Positions 49,495 through 62,600 of a stretch of DNA of 64,000 nucleotides are shown in pieces. The stretch spans positions 308,625 to 372,624 of the forward strand of contig RHPI01002090.1 in assembly GCA_009103225.1 (NCBI GenBank), given 5' to 3'. A model generated the notes under the pieces. It was not told where the DNA came from. It saw only the letters and a program-made list of their open reading frames with translations, and ran no database searches. The translations under genes were made by a program, and so were the position numbers. The stretch's first letter is position 1. Each line of letters opens with the position of its first letter. The stretch is from Chlorokybus atmophyticus (Eukaryota; Plantae; Mesostigma and Chlorokybus algae).

Positions 49495-49684
49495 GCTCAG
49501 CTTGCCGTTTTGCCTCAGCGTGTGTGTACTGCTTGGCTTGCTAGAGAGGCGGCGACGGTGGCGGTGTTGGGTGCGGCGTGGAAGGGAGGAGGCCTGGTTC
49601 TGGGGGTGTGGTGGATTGAGGTTACTGGCCGAGAGCTGAGTGTGTTGTGTGTGGGGTGGCTTCCCTTTCCGCTCTGCTCACGCC

Positions 49685-51688
49685 ATGGCGGTGCCGTCCG
49701 AGAAGGACGTTGATGACGCCATGACGGACGTGGACAAGCGGCGAAAGCTGCGTCAGGACTTCAAAGCGCTAGAAAAGCGCTTTGAAGGTGAGGTGCATTG
49801 TTGTGGTGTTGTTCGTATCGCCATCGCTCTGTCGTTGAGGCGAAACTCTCATTCTCTAGGTTAACAATTAGAACCTGCTGTGACCTGTTATGTCACGCTT
49901 TGAGTAGCATCAAACAGGGACACAGCAGCAGGCGGGTCAACATCTTGCGGTCGTAACAGTTGTCAATTTGTACTTGCCGCACAAGTGACACATTGTACCT
50001 TCAAGGGGCACACGTTGTCGTAGTAACGCTGTGCTGTGGTTTGTAGACGCACAAGAGGGAAGGCTTGACCAGTCCCAAGACTTCGCAGACTACATTTCGG
50101 CAAGCATTCAGCAAGCAGACCAACTCCATGCAGGTGAGTGGCTATTGTTGCCTGGCACGTTGTGTTTTGTTCAGTTTTAAAGTAAGCTGCTTACGCCAAT
50201 GCTTATCAGTCTTTTCACTTGCACGTGCATGGTCAGCCTGGATGTAACACTTTTCACTGCACTGACCTCAACAGACGTTGTACACACAAGGGAGCTTGCG
50301 ACAGACATTGATATGTTTTGCAAGATTGCCAACTCCGCGTTGACTCACTACAAGCAAGCACTTCAGGTCAGCTGTAAATACTGACATTGCGCTGCTCGCA
50401 AGTGCAGTGTGTCGTAGATGTAATCTACGACTGACTGGATTCATATTGTCATTGCAGAAAGGCGGCACACAGCACAGTCCAGCCCAGGTCATCACCAAGC
50501 TCAAAGAAAGATACGCGGCCTGTGAGGAGGGTTCCCAAGAAGGTGACATTGATTGGTTTACGCTCGGCCGCGATGCGTCACTGCTCTTCAAGACGTTCAC
50601 TGCCCCCTGCACAATGTGCGTACACTTGTGCCGTGTTCTTGGAGGGCGATGTTGGTTGTGGCTGTAGGCAGTGCACACAACTGACTGGTTTGTAAACGTT
50701 GCTACGTGAGAACAGGCACGGTCCCATGGACCTTTTGCCCAAGCCCAAGGCAGTGCGCCAGCGTGCACAGCGGACAGCTCTTGCTGAAAAGATCGCGCCT
50801 GGCCAGGTAGCATTCGTAGTAGATCTGACCGCAACACATAGCATGTACAGGACTGTGTGGCCAGCACATACTACGCGTTGTGCAGTGCTACCAACTGTGC
50901 TAACACCAACATGCTCCTGTCACTCACTCACTGTGTGGTGGATTTGGCAGGTCACAGCCACAGACGCTTCCAACAGAGAGAAACAGACGGATCGCAATAT
51001 GTCAGTGATGGTGAAGCTGTTGAAGAGCAACCCAGACGCGCCTGTTGTGAAAGTCATCAACAACCCGCAGTCCTTCGCCCAGACTGTGGAGAACTTGTTC
51101 ACTCTCTCCTTTCTGGTCAGAGAAGGGCATGTACAGGTTCGGAAGAACGATGCCGGGATTCTCATTGTTGGTGAGTGCCACGCAGTTGTGGTGAGTGATT
51201 TGTACAGTGTACGTGCCATGAAGTACTGACATTGCATGCGACTCGGCAGCTTCAGCAGAGCCACCCACCAAGGCTGCTGGTGGCAAGAAGGTTGAGATGT
51301 CGCAGTGTGTGATGCGCCTGGACATGGCAGACTGGAAGGTACTGATTGTGTCTAAACAGGCCACACTTCCGCAAGTGACCCGCCACTACTGCAAGTGCAT
51401 ATTCTGATGACAATCGTGCTTGTGCTTTGTCACCAACACGTGTGCTTGCAGATGCTCCAAGCGCATAATGTCGGTAGCCTGGTACCGCATAGATCAGGCG
51501 TTGTGACGGATACCGAGGACCAGCAGGGCTGCATCCTGGAGGAGGAGCACCACGCACAGCAATCCACACGCAAGCGTCGCGAGTCGGGTAGAATGCATTC
51601 TCGTAATCGGCTAGTAGAGAATAGTCAAAGTAATGAGGAAGAGTACGAGGAGCAAGAAGGGTCTCCTTCCAAGCGAAGGAGAAGCTAG
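49685..51688 (+). CDS. NSE4: SMC5/6 kleisin subunit NSE4; multi-exon
   Basis: RRKLRQDFKAL; VVHTRELATD; IDWFTLG; TMHGPM; EKQTDRNMSVM...INNPQSFAQTVENLFTLSFLVREGHV; QCVMRLDMADWK. Confidence 0.92.
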
Positions 51689-52689
51689 GAGCTGCTTTGC
51701 TTTGTGTGTACATATATTACTGACCTACTACTCCCCTAGCCATCCGCCATATTCAACTTGTGGTTGCTATGTCTTGCAACTTGCACATTTGACAACTACA
51801 CAAAAGCATTGTGGCGGCACCAGTTGAGGTTCATAGCAATCTCATGACCATATGTACTCACAAAGACATGCGCCTACAACCTCGTACTACCTGCAATCCC
51901 CCAACATGAGGTGTCGTGATGCTCATTGATTCTGTGGCATAAGGTGATATGGTAGGGTGTGCCTTGTATAGTTACCAATCAACATTGTTGCCATCTTGTA
52001 CTTGCAAAGTAGCAGCAATATCACTAACAGCCATGTGCAACAGTGCATAGCATGCAAACAACTTATATGCGAATTGAACAAGCCATAATCAAGCGACATA
52101 ATTCATTCAAACATTAATTATGTTAACCAGCACGGCAACAACACATACACATAGTTTGTTTTACTGTGTATGCTATCTATTTGCTATCATTTTGCATGTG
52201 CTACCATGCCATATACACGGCGTGCCTCCAACACCAACACAGCATAACGGCCTACAATAACGTTAGGGCAACAGCAAGTCAAAGCCGCTCAAGCCAGTGC
52301 CACATCCGTATCCGTAGTATAATGGCATGAACATGATGGATGTCCATCGTCATAGCCCAAGATGGATAGCTTTGGTGTAAATGGATTGCGTATAATAGAT
52401 AACCGTAAAGAAAGGTGGAGCTAGCATAATGGCTTAAACAACTACTAAGGTACTAAGTGCATAATCAGTATCACACATGCATGCAGTAAGTCACACAAGG
52501 ACGCGTTATCCTGCACGGTTTACAAGCACCTTATTGAAGCTTCATGTGCAAAATTGCATATTGGCAAAAAGAAGAACACATCCACAAATCAATAATTGAC
52601 AAAGATGTAAAGTAAGACAACATTTCAGAAAGCAGTATGAACAAAGCGCCTTGAATGATGATGCGTAAGCACCGCCCCCCCCCCCCCCC

Positions 52690-52716
52690 NNNNNNNNNNN
52701 NNNNNNNNNNNNNNNN
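52690..52716. other. Assembly gap (N x 27) inside a poly-C tract
   Basis: Ns flanked by C homopolymers. Confidence 0.99.
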
Positions 52717-53470
52717 CCCCCCCCCCCCCCCCCCCATCCGCGCTTTGACTTTCATCATACACCAATATCATCATCACTCAGTATGCCGCAAAGCCAGTGA
52801 CAATACTACTCCGCATAGTCTACTGCCTGACGTCGTCAATAGCTGTCGCTGCACAAGAGGTGAGTAGTGTAGCATGCTACACTACTCACTTTTCATCTCA
52901 CTTTTGCTGCGGGTTGGGGACACATGTTTCTGGTACTGCGCTTGCATTGCAGCCCCTTAAATTTGAGTATGGCATATGTACAAGATGCGCGGGAGTTGTG
53001 TGTTTATGGCTATCATGTGACTGCTCGATGCGTGGGTGTGTTTACGTTGGCGCATGAGTTATGTGTACACAAGATGCAACGGGGATGTGCACGGCATGGT
53101 GTTCATCCATAGATGTACCTTATGCTCTTCATACTTCCCTGCCCTATTGTAATACACATCTTTAAAACGAGACAAGACGTCATACCACTGATTCGCTTGT
53201 GACATCAACAATTTCGTTGCTTTATGCACAATTTATTGTCAACAGCTTAGCCATGCAAATTGGCAATTTGCCACTGACTCAGTGGCACGGACGCAAGTTC
53301 CATCAGACACGCGATCTTGGGACTTGCTATCACACGCATGGTCACTGAACACTGCTCCAAGTGATCACTGAACGCGGTCGTATAACCTCAGGCCGATTTG
53401 GGCGACTGGGTCAGGCCGGACCAGGCCAGGCGGCGGCGGCGGTGGGGACGCAGCGCAGAGCTGCGCGTGC

Positions 53471-54443
53471 ATGGAAAGCCCAGCAGACTTTTACGCACGG
53501 TTGCTGTCCGGTTCGGAAGCGGGCCCAGGGCCCAGGAGCTTTCCGCAACTGCCGCCGGCAGCCTCCCGCACGCAGAGCGCAGCAGCAAGCCACGAAGCTG
53601 GCAGCCGGGGCGCAAGCGGACGCCTGCTTCCTGCGAGTGCTGCTAGGCCTACTACTGATTCTACAGCGGGGCTTGGACGGAATGGAGGCGGAACACTTGA
53701 GAGCTGGGATGGAGGAGGAGGAGCAAACGCTGACGGGCTTGGCCGGCAAGTGCCTGCGTACAGCATATCCCAGTCGAATGTTGGGTACAAGGTAACAGAC
53801 GCTCGTGCGCCGCAACTCGTGTGCCGCTGGCCAAACCGCTTGTGCGTGTGCACTTCACGTTGTGTGTGCGTGTGTGTGTGTGTGCGCACGCTAGCTAGAC
53901 AAGTAACTGATAGATATGCACAACTCGACGATCACCAGGATAGCATGCATAGCTGGTAGTAGTTGCATAGACAGTCAACTGAGCGTTCCCCCCTGTGCTG
54001 TTTGCATACCCCATGCACACATGTTGACTGTTGTGCACCTGCAGTTGTTGAAGAAGGCAGGTTGGAGCGAAGAGCATGGGCTCGGCGCGGGCGAGCAAGG
54101 CAGGCTGCAGCCTGTTGTCCCGCAAATGAAGGCCGACAAAAAGGGAATTGGCGTGACGATAAAGAAACCAAGTGTGGATGCAGACAAGGTACTGCTGGTA
54201 CTGCTGGTATTAGTATTCGCACGTATTTTTATAGCTCAAACTGAAACGGTGCATGCGCAGGCCAAAAGGAAGCGCAAGCGGGTTGGCGGGGTACGCAAAA
54301 AGGACGACGATGACGAGGTGCCTGAAAGCGTTGAGCAGCGATCCGAGCGTCGCAAAGCACTCGCGCATGCCGAGAAAGACAAGCTCAAGGAACAGGCCAT
54401 ACGCCAGTACCTTGCGTACGCGTTTGCACCGGACAATGTTTGA
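53471..54443 (+). CDS. G-patch domain protein; 3 exons
   Basis: ISQSNVGYK|LLKKAGWSEEHGLGAGEQGRLQPV...KKGIG matches the G-patch consensus. Confidence 0.88.
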
Positions 54444-54618
54444 TTTTTACAGCCATGTAGAGAGACAGGAATACTGGTTGCTATGCTATAACCTCTATCA
54501 ATTAGTGCCCACAGTGCCCGCAGAAGAAGCGAGCACTGCCCATTGTAACACACAGTAACGTATGTACAGCTATCTGGCATATGTAAGCTGAGAGAAAGCC
54601 CACTCCCATCTGAAGCAG

Positions 54619-56413
54619 CTACCAGTTCAAGTGGTTGTCATCATCGGGGTCGCGGAGCTCCTCGTAGTACACGTCTTCCATCTCTATGGTATCCTGCAGG
54701 CACAATTTGGTGGGTCATCAAGAGTATGTTGACAAACAACAGCGCAGAGTTTCGGTAAAGCAGTGTCACCATGAAGAAGTCAGCCAAGAACGTCATGTAA
54801 AGCAGCGGCGGATAGAACGCGTAGTATGCGAAGTTCATCAGACCGTACATGCTGCGCAAAGCATAGCACAGGGTTGGTGTGATCAGGCATGGATATCACT
54901 GCTTAGGACACAGCTGCGCCTGAATCTGCACTCAGGCTTGGCAAGGAGAGCGAGACTTACCAGTAGCCGAACGGCACGCGAATGGCAATCAAAAAGCTAC
55001 CAAATGACAGACCCGCGTAGAGCGAGAATAGCACGAGGACGTAGCGGTAAAACGCCGGGCGTGCTGCATTGTTGCATAACGGTCACAATTACTTAGTATC
55101 ATACACCGCAAGCCATCAGCAGCTTAAGAACAAATGTGACAGGACACCGCTCTCACAAAGAGCTAACCTGGCAGACGATCGCGCCATCGCGTGTGCGGGA
55201 GCGCTAGAATGGCCAGGTACACCAACGCAAACACCAGGGAATGGAAGAACCAAAAGCCCCACTTGGCCCACGTGTCTTGAGCCGCCACGCTCTCATCGCT
55301 AACGCCTACTAGAAACAGTTGCACCCCGAACCCGAATATGTACACAGCCTGCAGCACAGCCACACTGATTAAAACAAAACACAGCCATGAGGTGAATTAA
55401 CAAACATGCCCATACCTTGATCAAGGTGTCGGCAAAAGCAATGGCCCCAGACACTGTCACTGTGCGTATGAGCGCTTCTCTTCCCGATGTGAGGTATCCC
55501 TGTGAGAGGAACACCACCACGGAGACCTCCAGCAGGACAAGCCCGAAGCGCGTGAGCAGCCACAGCGCGTTGTACAGATCCGTAGACGCTGCGCTGCTAC
55601 TCGGCACGGTTTGCCACATTTGTACAACACACCTGCCAGTCGCGTGTCACATCCCAGGAAGTCTACGCATTGTGTACAGGGTATGTCAAAGTGGTGTATA
55701 TCTGGTGCAAGTAAGACAGTGCATGCGTACCGTAAGAGATTGAGCAGGCAGACAGTCCACAGGAAGGCATAGTATGTCGCCATGATGTGCGACTGGCTCT
55801 GTATGAGCCGTTGCATGGACTTGCGTGCATTGGACACAAGGAAGCATACGAAAGCCACCGTTGGCAACCCCACCTGCATGTGCCAGAGACACACTCATAC
55901 ACACAGACAGGCTTCTGATGGACCCACAACTAGCAGTTTCCATTGATTGCCGCATTCAGCACCGGTTATTGGCGTAGAGCAGGCGGTAGCCTCTGGCATA
56001 TCGTAAACATAGCACATACACGCCAAAGTTCTGTTCGCTTAAACAAGGCACGCGTTGCGTAACGTGCGTTGCAGGACGCATACAATATGTTATGCAGCTG
56101 GTGCTTGCCAGAATGAAAAGGCGGGGGGTTGCAGCCTGAGCAGCAGGCTCGGCTGCTGCAACTTGTGTGAAGACGGACTCGTATGAATGCAGCATTTCAC
56201 GTCCGACATCTGAATGAGTCGTTTCCAAACAACCGAGGCTAGGCGTACCAGCAGGTCGTATATGACAATGTGGAATTTGCTGCTGTGCGGGCTGATCAAG
56301 TTGAGGCAGAAGGAGCTGGGCATGGCTGCTGCCGCCGCCTCCGCAGGACCAGAGGCGTTTGCGGCGGCATCCAGCAGCAGCCGCCTCGCCAGCAGGCAAG
56401 GGCCGGAGTCCAT
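54619..56413 (-). CDS. TPRA1/GPR175-family 7TM protein (Arabidopsis CAND2/PMTR1-like); multi-exon
   Basis: PTVAFVCFL...KLQSQSHIMATYYAFLW-type motif (seen as RLIQSQSHIMATYYAFLW); LWLLTRFGLVLLEVSVVVFLSQGYLTSGREALIRT; RDRLPARPAFYRY; YYAFYPPLLYMTFLADFF. Confidence 0.88.
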
Positions 56414-57435
56414 CACCGCCGCCACCACCGTCGCCGTCAACTGCAGCCCGCCCCAGTCAAACAGCCCACATCACGCTGTGACCTGCCTCCTTCCCTCACC
56501 CCAACATCTCCGCCACCGCCACCGCCACCGCCACCGCACGCAACGGCAGCAGCATGCTGTGAGCGCAGTCGTACGCAACGCAAAGTTTGCGTCGCAAACA
56601 GTTCGTAAATGCTGACGCGTGACAGTGGTGAACGGTGGCGCAGTGAATAGTTGCCACCACAAAGAGTCGACGCCGCTGAAGGCTTCGGGTTGTTTGTAGG
56701 CTGGGGTTGTGACGGAAAGACTTGCAACAGCTGTGCGCTAGCCGCAAAATTATTTCTCATGCTGCCGTGGCATTCTTCGTTGTGAATGAAACAAGTTGTG
56801 ATGCTTGGTTGGCATGACTACGGATGCGAAGATGCATCAGTGGTCATAATGGAGGCCGCGCGGTTACGCCGTGCAAAACGCTTGCCATACAGGAAGCAGT
56901 TTCTCACGGGAATGAGAGTGAAAAACCGTGAAGACTACAAGGAAAACAAGTGTGTGCAGAAGGAAGGTCACCACAGCCTACAACTTGTGAATGATCACCG
57001 CCAGCGCAGTATACTTGCGCTTGTTTAGCCTACATGCGGAGTGTACGAAAGGGGCTGCTGTGTCAGCATGCACGCATGTACAACAGATAATATGCTAGAT
57101 CGTGTTATGTCTGAAGAATGCACATTCCTTTGACGATGCCACAACCTTTGTTACTTCTACTACTTCTGGCTGTACTGCTCAGGAAAGCTGCTAATGCATC
57201 GATAGCTGACACAACGTAGCAACTGCTTAATTCACTTTCAACTAGTCCGGAACAACGCTAATGCCCTTGTATCAAAACAAATGCAATCCTCATTAACTAG
57301 CACACTGCCGTGTGCGCATGTGATTGCGTGCCTAATGTTACAGACCACACAATGTGACCAACCCCTACAGTCGTGCTGCCATGTGCCTAAACCACTAGCT
57401 TCACGTCACCCAAGCAGCTTGCGCGTACATGCCAG

Positions 57436-59282
57436 TTAAAAGTGCATGTTGTTGCCGTGCTGCGATCCGCCTGTTTGAGCGGCGGCAAGGGGGTTTGTTG
57501 AACTTGTTGCGGCATTACTCTGCAGGTGCTCGGCGCCAAACACAAATGGTTGATTCGCCGGCAAGCTGATCTGTGCACCAAAACTGATTGTTGAGCCCGC
57601 TCTGTCTAAGTGAGAGTTACCAAATGCTGGGACGGCTGGGGGTGGTTGCGCGTTGCCAAGTGCCGCAAATGGAGGAGGAGCCCCAAGCTGCTGCTCTTCA
57701 AACTCCTGTAACTGCTTCGCGTGCTCTGCAATGGTTGGACAATCAGAGTCAACGCCAACACCTTCGAGACACTGTCACAGAGTATGCCAACAACAAAACA
57801 CCCTCCTGTACGCAGCACAACCAGCTGCGCATGTTATGTTACACACAAGATGTGACAACGGTTTTGCTTACCTGGAGTGATGTTTGTGGATGGCTTCAGC
57901 TCCTTGATATACTGGTGGGCTTGCGGTAGTCGCCACCCTTTGTGAACAATGAGGTACGCGATCACGACAGCGGGGGCTCGCGAAACACCCGACATGCAAT
58001 GCACGAGGACCTTTTGTTGAGAGATCCGAATCTCCTCTGCGAGGTACAACGACGCTGGTGAGGTCGCATACAACAGGGCTATAAGTGCCTTGCGAGCCAC
58101 TTACCTATGGCAGCAATGGCCTCCTGAAGTGGTAGCAACTTGGCTTCGCTGCAGGTATAGTATTTGAAGGAATTTCTGTACAGGTTCTGGCAGGAAGGCA
58201 CAGTCTGCACGACAGGCATAGGACGTAGAGTGTTGATTGATGGCGAATAACGCTGGCAAGCAAGCCAAAGCTCCCTACGGTCAATGTACGACAACGAGCA
58301 CTGTGCTTAGGTTGCATTGACTGGACGCCATGGGCACTCACATTTACAATGTTGGTGATGTTGAGTGCTTTGAGGACATCACTGCGTGACGCATGGTCGA
58401 AGGACCCCAAAAACAAAAATCTCGGCAGGATCTCTGTCGGCAAAGCGCTTGCAATGGATCCTTTGGATGATGAGGCAGGTTGCGGCTGGTGTCCACACAC
58501 ACCACAGGGCTCCCCGTCCTCGTACCTACCACAACCAACAAAGCCTTGCATTAACGTTATGCAACTTCATTCCTGTCACCATTGAATGCAAACGCAGCAT
58601 ATGAGCAACGCAGGTGGCACCACATTCCATCCACAGGTGCAGCGGCTGCAGCACTCATGCGGGACGTTGTCTGCCTCATGTGACGTATTTATTACGCACG
58701 ATCAACAATGCTCGAAGGCAGGCTTCATATCGATTGAGGCTCAGAGCAGCGTGCACAGATGTGCGCTACAGCCAGATGCAATACCAAGACATACGACCTA
58801 CTAGCACACAACGTACATACAGACAGCTAGCGGCGACGTTGACTTGGGGTTTAGCAATACTTACCCATGTCGTAACGCAATCTATCTGAGCGATGGCTGG
58901 GCGTCAGTGCCTGCCCAGTGATAACATTGCTGTAACCAGCTACATCCCAGTATTTGTGATGTGCTCGCGCTGTATGCAACTGACCACTGGACCATGATAA
59001 ATTGAACTGTCATCGGTGTTGTTCGCTTGATCAAAATTTAGGCCAGCTGAAGCATGTTACCTACAACTGACTCTGCTCATGATAACACGGTACCCATCGC
59101 CAAAACAACCCGACTTGCAGACGCTTGGATGCAGACGCTCAATTGTTCACGAATAAACAATCCATGAGAACGATATGACCGTCGTAAACCCTTCCACGCA
59201 CAACAGCTTCACATAGACGTGCAACTCACCGATGGTAGTGGCCGCAGACAAAGCAGGGGTTCTCCCTCTCCCGCTTCCGCAT
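57436..59282 (-). CDS. IBR5: Dual-specificity (MAPK) phosphatase IBR5-like; multi-exon
   Basis: MRKRERENPCFVCGHYHR|YEDGEPCGVCGH matches the IBR5 N-terminus; PTEILPRFLFLGSFDHASR; catalytic VHCMSGVSRAP. Confidence 0.92.
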
Positions 59283-59556
59283 TCTAAGCCTGCCACGCCA
59301 GCAGCAGCTACCACGACCTAAGCTCTCCAACCAGCCTGTCTGATCCACCTCCACCTCCGCCTCCGCCTCCGCCTCCGCCTCCACTGCCGCTTCCGCCGCC
59401 GCAGCGCCAACGCAGCACTGGCTTTGATTTGCCGCAACCGCAAGCAACAGGCGTGCAGCTTCTGCCGCTCAACCCTACATAACGTTCGCTTCAATGCCGC
59501 TGCTGTACACCGACTCACCCAATCAGTGCAGCTAACGTTTAAGTGCCTCAGCTCTT

Positions 59557-59565
59557 TTTCCCGCC
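59557..59565 (+). promoter_or_regulatory. Canonical E2F site TTTCCCGCC in the IBR5/FAN1 divergent promoter
   Basis: Exact consensus about 130 bp upstream of the FAN1 ATG. Confidence 0.55.
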
Positions 59566-59693
59566 ATTGCTAAAGCTGCTACGGCTGCTTGCTGTGAGCT
59601 CGCCATTGGGGTGGTGGCGGCGGCGGGGGAGGCTGCAGTGTGGAGCCTCCCCCCTACGCACTGTCAATTCCCACAGTGTGATTTTGCTTCACC

Positions 59694-62600
59694 ATGGCTG
59701 GGGCGCAGTTGCGCGGGCTGGAGTCGCTGCGCAGGGTGGTTGGTCCGAGACGGACCAACACTACAGCAGCAAGCTCTGCGTCCAATTGGCAGGTAGGCAG
59801 TCGTTGGTTGTCACCTGCAGACTCTTGTGTTGCATACTGTATCAATGCATCAACCAGAGGGGTTAACTAGGAACGGTGAGCTGCATTGATGGATACAGCA
59901 CTTTAGTCAGCTTGGAACTGCGGAAGCAAGTCGACTTACACCATCGATTGACTCATTCACAGGCATTGTCTATGCCTTATGAACAAATACTAATGCACAG
60001 ATGGCTTGATAGTCTCATGCAGTACAAAGTATAATCATGTGGACTGCCGACCACATTCCTGTTGGTGAACATGAAGCATTGGACGATGTAGAGACATTTT
60101 GCAAGACAACACACCAATGCTGCCTGATAAACTTGGCTTTTGCATGCACCTTAACAGGGATAATGTGATTAATGGATGACGACTACCTGTATATACAAAG
60201 CCGAGCATGCACTCATAGAGAACACACACATTTGCTTTCAAGCTCAGTGATTCTCTCTCCCAGCAGTGTTGCAATCAATCTACCTGGCTTTGGCGAGTCA
60301 TGTGGTACCCTACAGCATTATAGTCCATATAACGACACTACAAGGCCTAATACAGATAGTGCACTGGTTGCTCAATTTGTATTGTCTGTTCAGATTGAAC
60401 ATGCACAACTAGCGAGTGGTGCAGAGGCTACCGCATTGCTGCATCGGCGGCTGTCTGGTGCCTCGGCTTCAACCTCCGCTTCGTGTGCCAGCTTTTTAGA
60501 CGTCGGGGGAGCATTTGCTCTTTGCCCAGTCTGCAACAAGGAGCTGCCTGAACACCCGATTGCAGTCAACGCACATATAGGTGACAAATGTGTTTGTGTT
60601 ACATAATTTGTCAAGAGCATGTCTTGCCTCTGCTGTAAATCAAGGGCATGTCCTGTCTGGCTGTACATGGAAAATAATGCCATGTTAATCTGCCCGGAAT
60701 CGGCATACGCAGATGCGTGCCTAGCCCTAAAGAAGTGCCGCCGCCCATTGCAACAAATGACGTTGCTGCAGTTCACCAGCATCCGCAAACTGAAAGAAGT
60801 AGTGGTCTCAACAACTCTTCAGGACACTATGCCACCGACGGACAAAGTTACTACCACATCAGGGCTTGTTCCTCTGACATCCGCGGTTGTAGGCCGCCGG
60901 TTTGCTTCAACAGCTGCCGTGTCAGTTGGACAAGTGGTGTACGCCAAAAGAGAACCAGACAACCCGCAAGACTGCAATGCAATACTGGTATGAAGGAATG
61001 AGATGGGTTTGATTGGTACGTGCGTAATGTTTTACCGCTGATTGAATGTTATCAGGTTGTCAATGAAGATCAGGAGCACTTGGGGCACCTACCCGCACGC
61101 ATCGCACAGATCCTTGCCCCTCTTCTCGATGAGAAGCTGTTCGTTCTGAAGGTACCATGCGTTATCAATGGACATACACGTTGTAACAGTGATTGTTAGC
61201 CGTCTACATGAGTACCTGTTTGAAATGAGGTATAATGCACAGGGCGCAGTAATGTCCTCCAAAGCTGCAGCGCTGCAAGTGCGATTTACACCGGAGCTTA
61301 CACATACAGCGGCAAAGTCTCTAGCACCAGTGGAAGAAAGTTGGCGTGAGGTTGTCAACAATGTATCAGAAGATCTTCTCATCGCACGCGCTGCCGCAAA
61401 CTTCCAAACACTACTCAAGTCTGTCATGTCCAACGATGGTCATCTGTTGATTGAAGCCGAGCACAGGCTACTTGGTCAGTGCCTCCTCATGGTGCCTAAC
61501 GTTGTGCATGCTTGACCAGCTTGACAAACGTTGCTGCTCAGGCAAATACTTTGAGCTCTCGGCAAACGCGCAACGCCTGTTTGTTCGTGTCTTTCAGCGG
61601 AAAGGTCAGCAGGAACTCCTACAGGCAGCACCCTGTGCCAGTGTCTCAGGCAGCAGCTGCAGTAGCAATGCTGATGAACATTGCGGCTGGCAGGCCCTTG
61701 GTTTCGTGTAATTAATCTTATGGACAGCTACTGTGACATTGATGTGCGGGCTGCACTACAAGAGTTGACTGGTATGTTGTAGACCTACATCTTGTACGTA
61801 CAGTGGTGCCTGGCTTGTGCACACGCTGCGTGTTGTGGAATTGATTGGCGTGCTACGCAGAGCAACACTTCTTCCGTTCTTCCACGACCGCTGATGTGGA
61901 AAGCGTGAAGGATAGGTTGGCAGTTCTGTCTGTTGCTGAGTTGCGTGACATAGCGACAGCCACTAACTCCTTGGTATGTGGCCTCCATTCCTGTCAGCTC
62001 CATTCCTGTGATGTCTGGCATTGCTGCATGCACAGTGGCAGCTGCTGACTGTGCAAACATGACGCGTGCACAGAAACGCGGCGACATCTCCAAGGCACTA
62101 AAAGAGCAGCTGCAGACTGCAATTGCTCAGACAGGCCGTCAACAAGGGCCTGATGCATATGCGCAGTACGTCACAGCATTCGTTAATGTACTCTCTTGCA
62201 TATGGCATCAACGCCCATTCGGTGGCTGAGCTCAATAAGTATTTGACAGGCACTCAAAACATTTGCCCGTTGTGTCCCTGGCACATCATCTCTCTCAGTC
62301 ACACCAGAAGTGTATTGATGGGAATATTGTTTGCTGTGCAACCGAGGTAAATCTGCACGCAGGAAAGGCGTTGAGACACTACTGCAGCAAACCGCGGGCT
62401 GCTGTACTGCCATTGATGCTGGTGTCAGCGTTTTGATGCAACGCATGCAGGTAAGACCCTGGCCTCCTGCATGCTGCCTTGCCCTCCTACATTTGCAGGC
62501 ATGACTCCCTATGATGTATCGCAGAGGTTGTTCTTCTGCAACGAGCACCACGACCTCTCCACGTTCTTGCTGGTGGACATAAGAAAGCGGAAATACCCGG

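Noticed and set aside
49470-49495. tRNA T-loop-like GTTCGAAACC
   Set aside because: No paired T-stem, acceptor stem or cloverleaf.
52675-52735. Poly-Pro/poly-Gly ORFs across the poly-C tract
   Set aside because: They span an N gap in a homopolymer, so sequence and length are unreliable.
56786-57028. 80-aa plus-strand ORF between CAND2 and IBR5
   Set aside because: No homology or splice support; likely UTR or intergenic.
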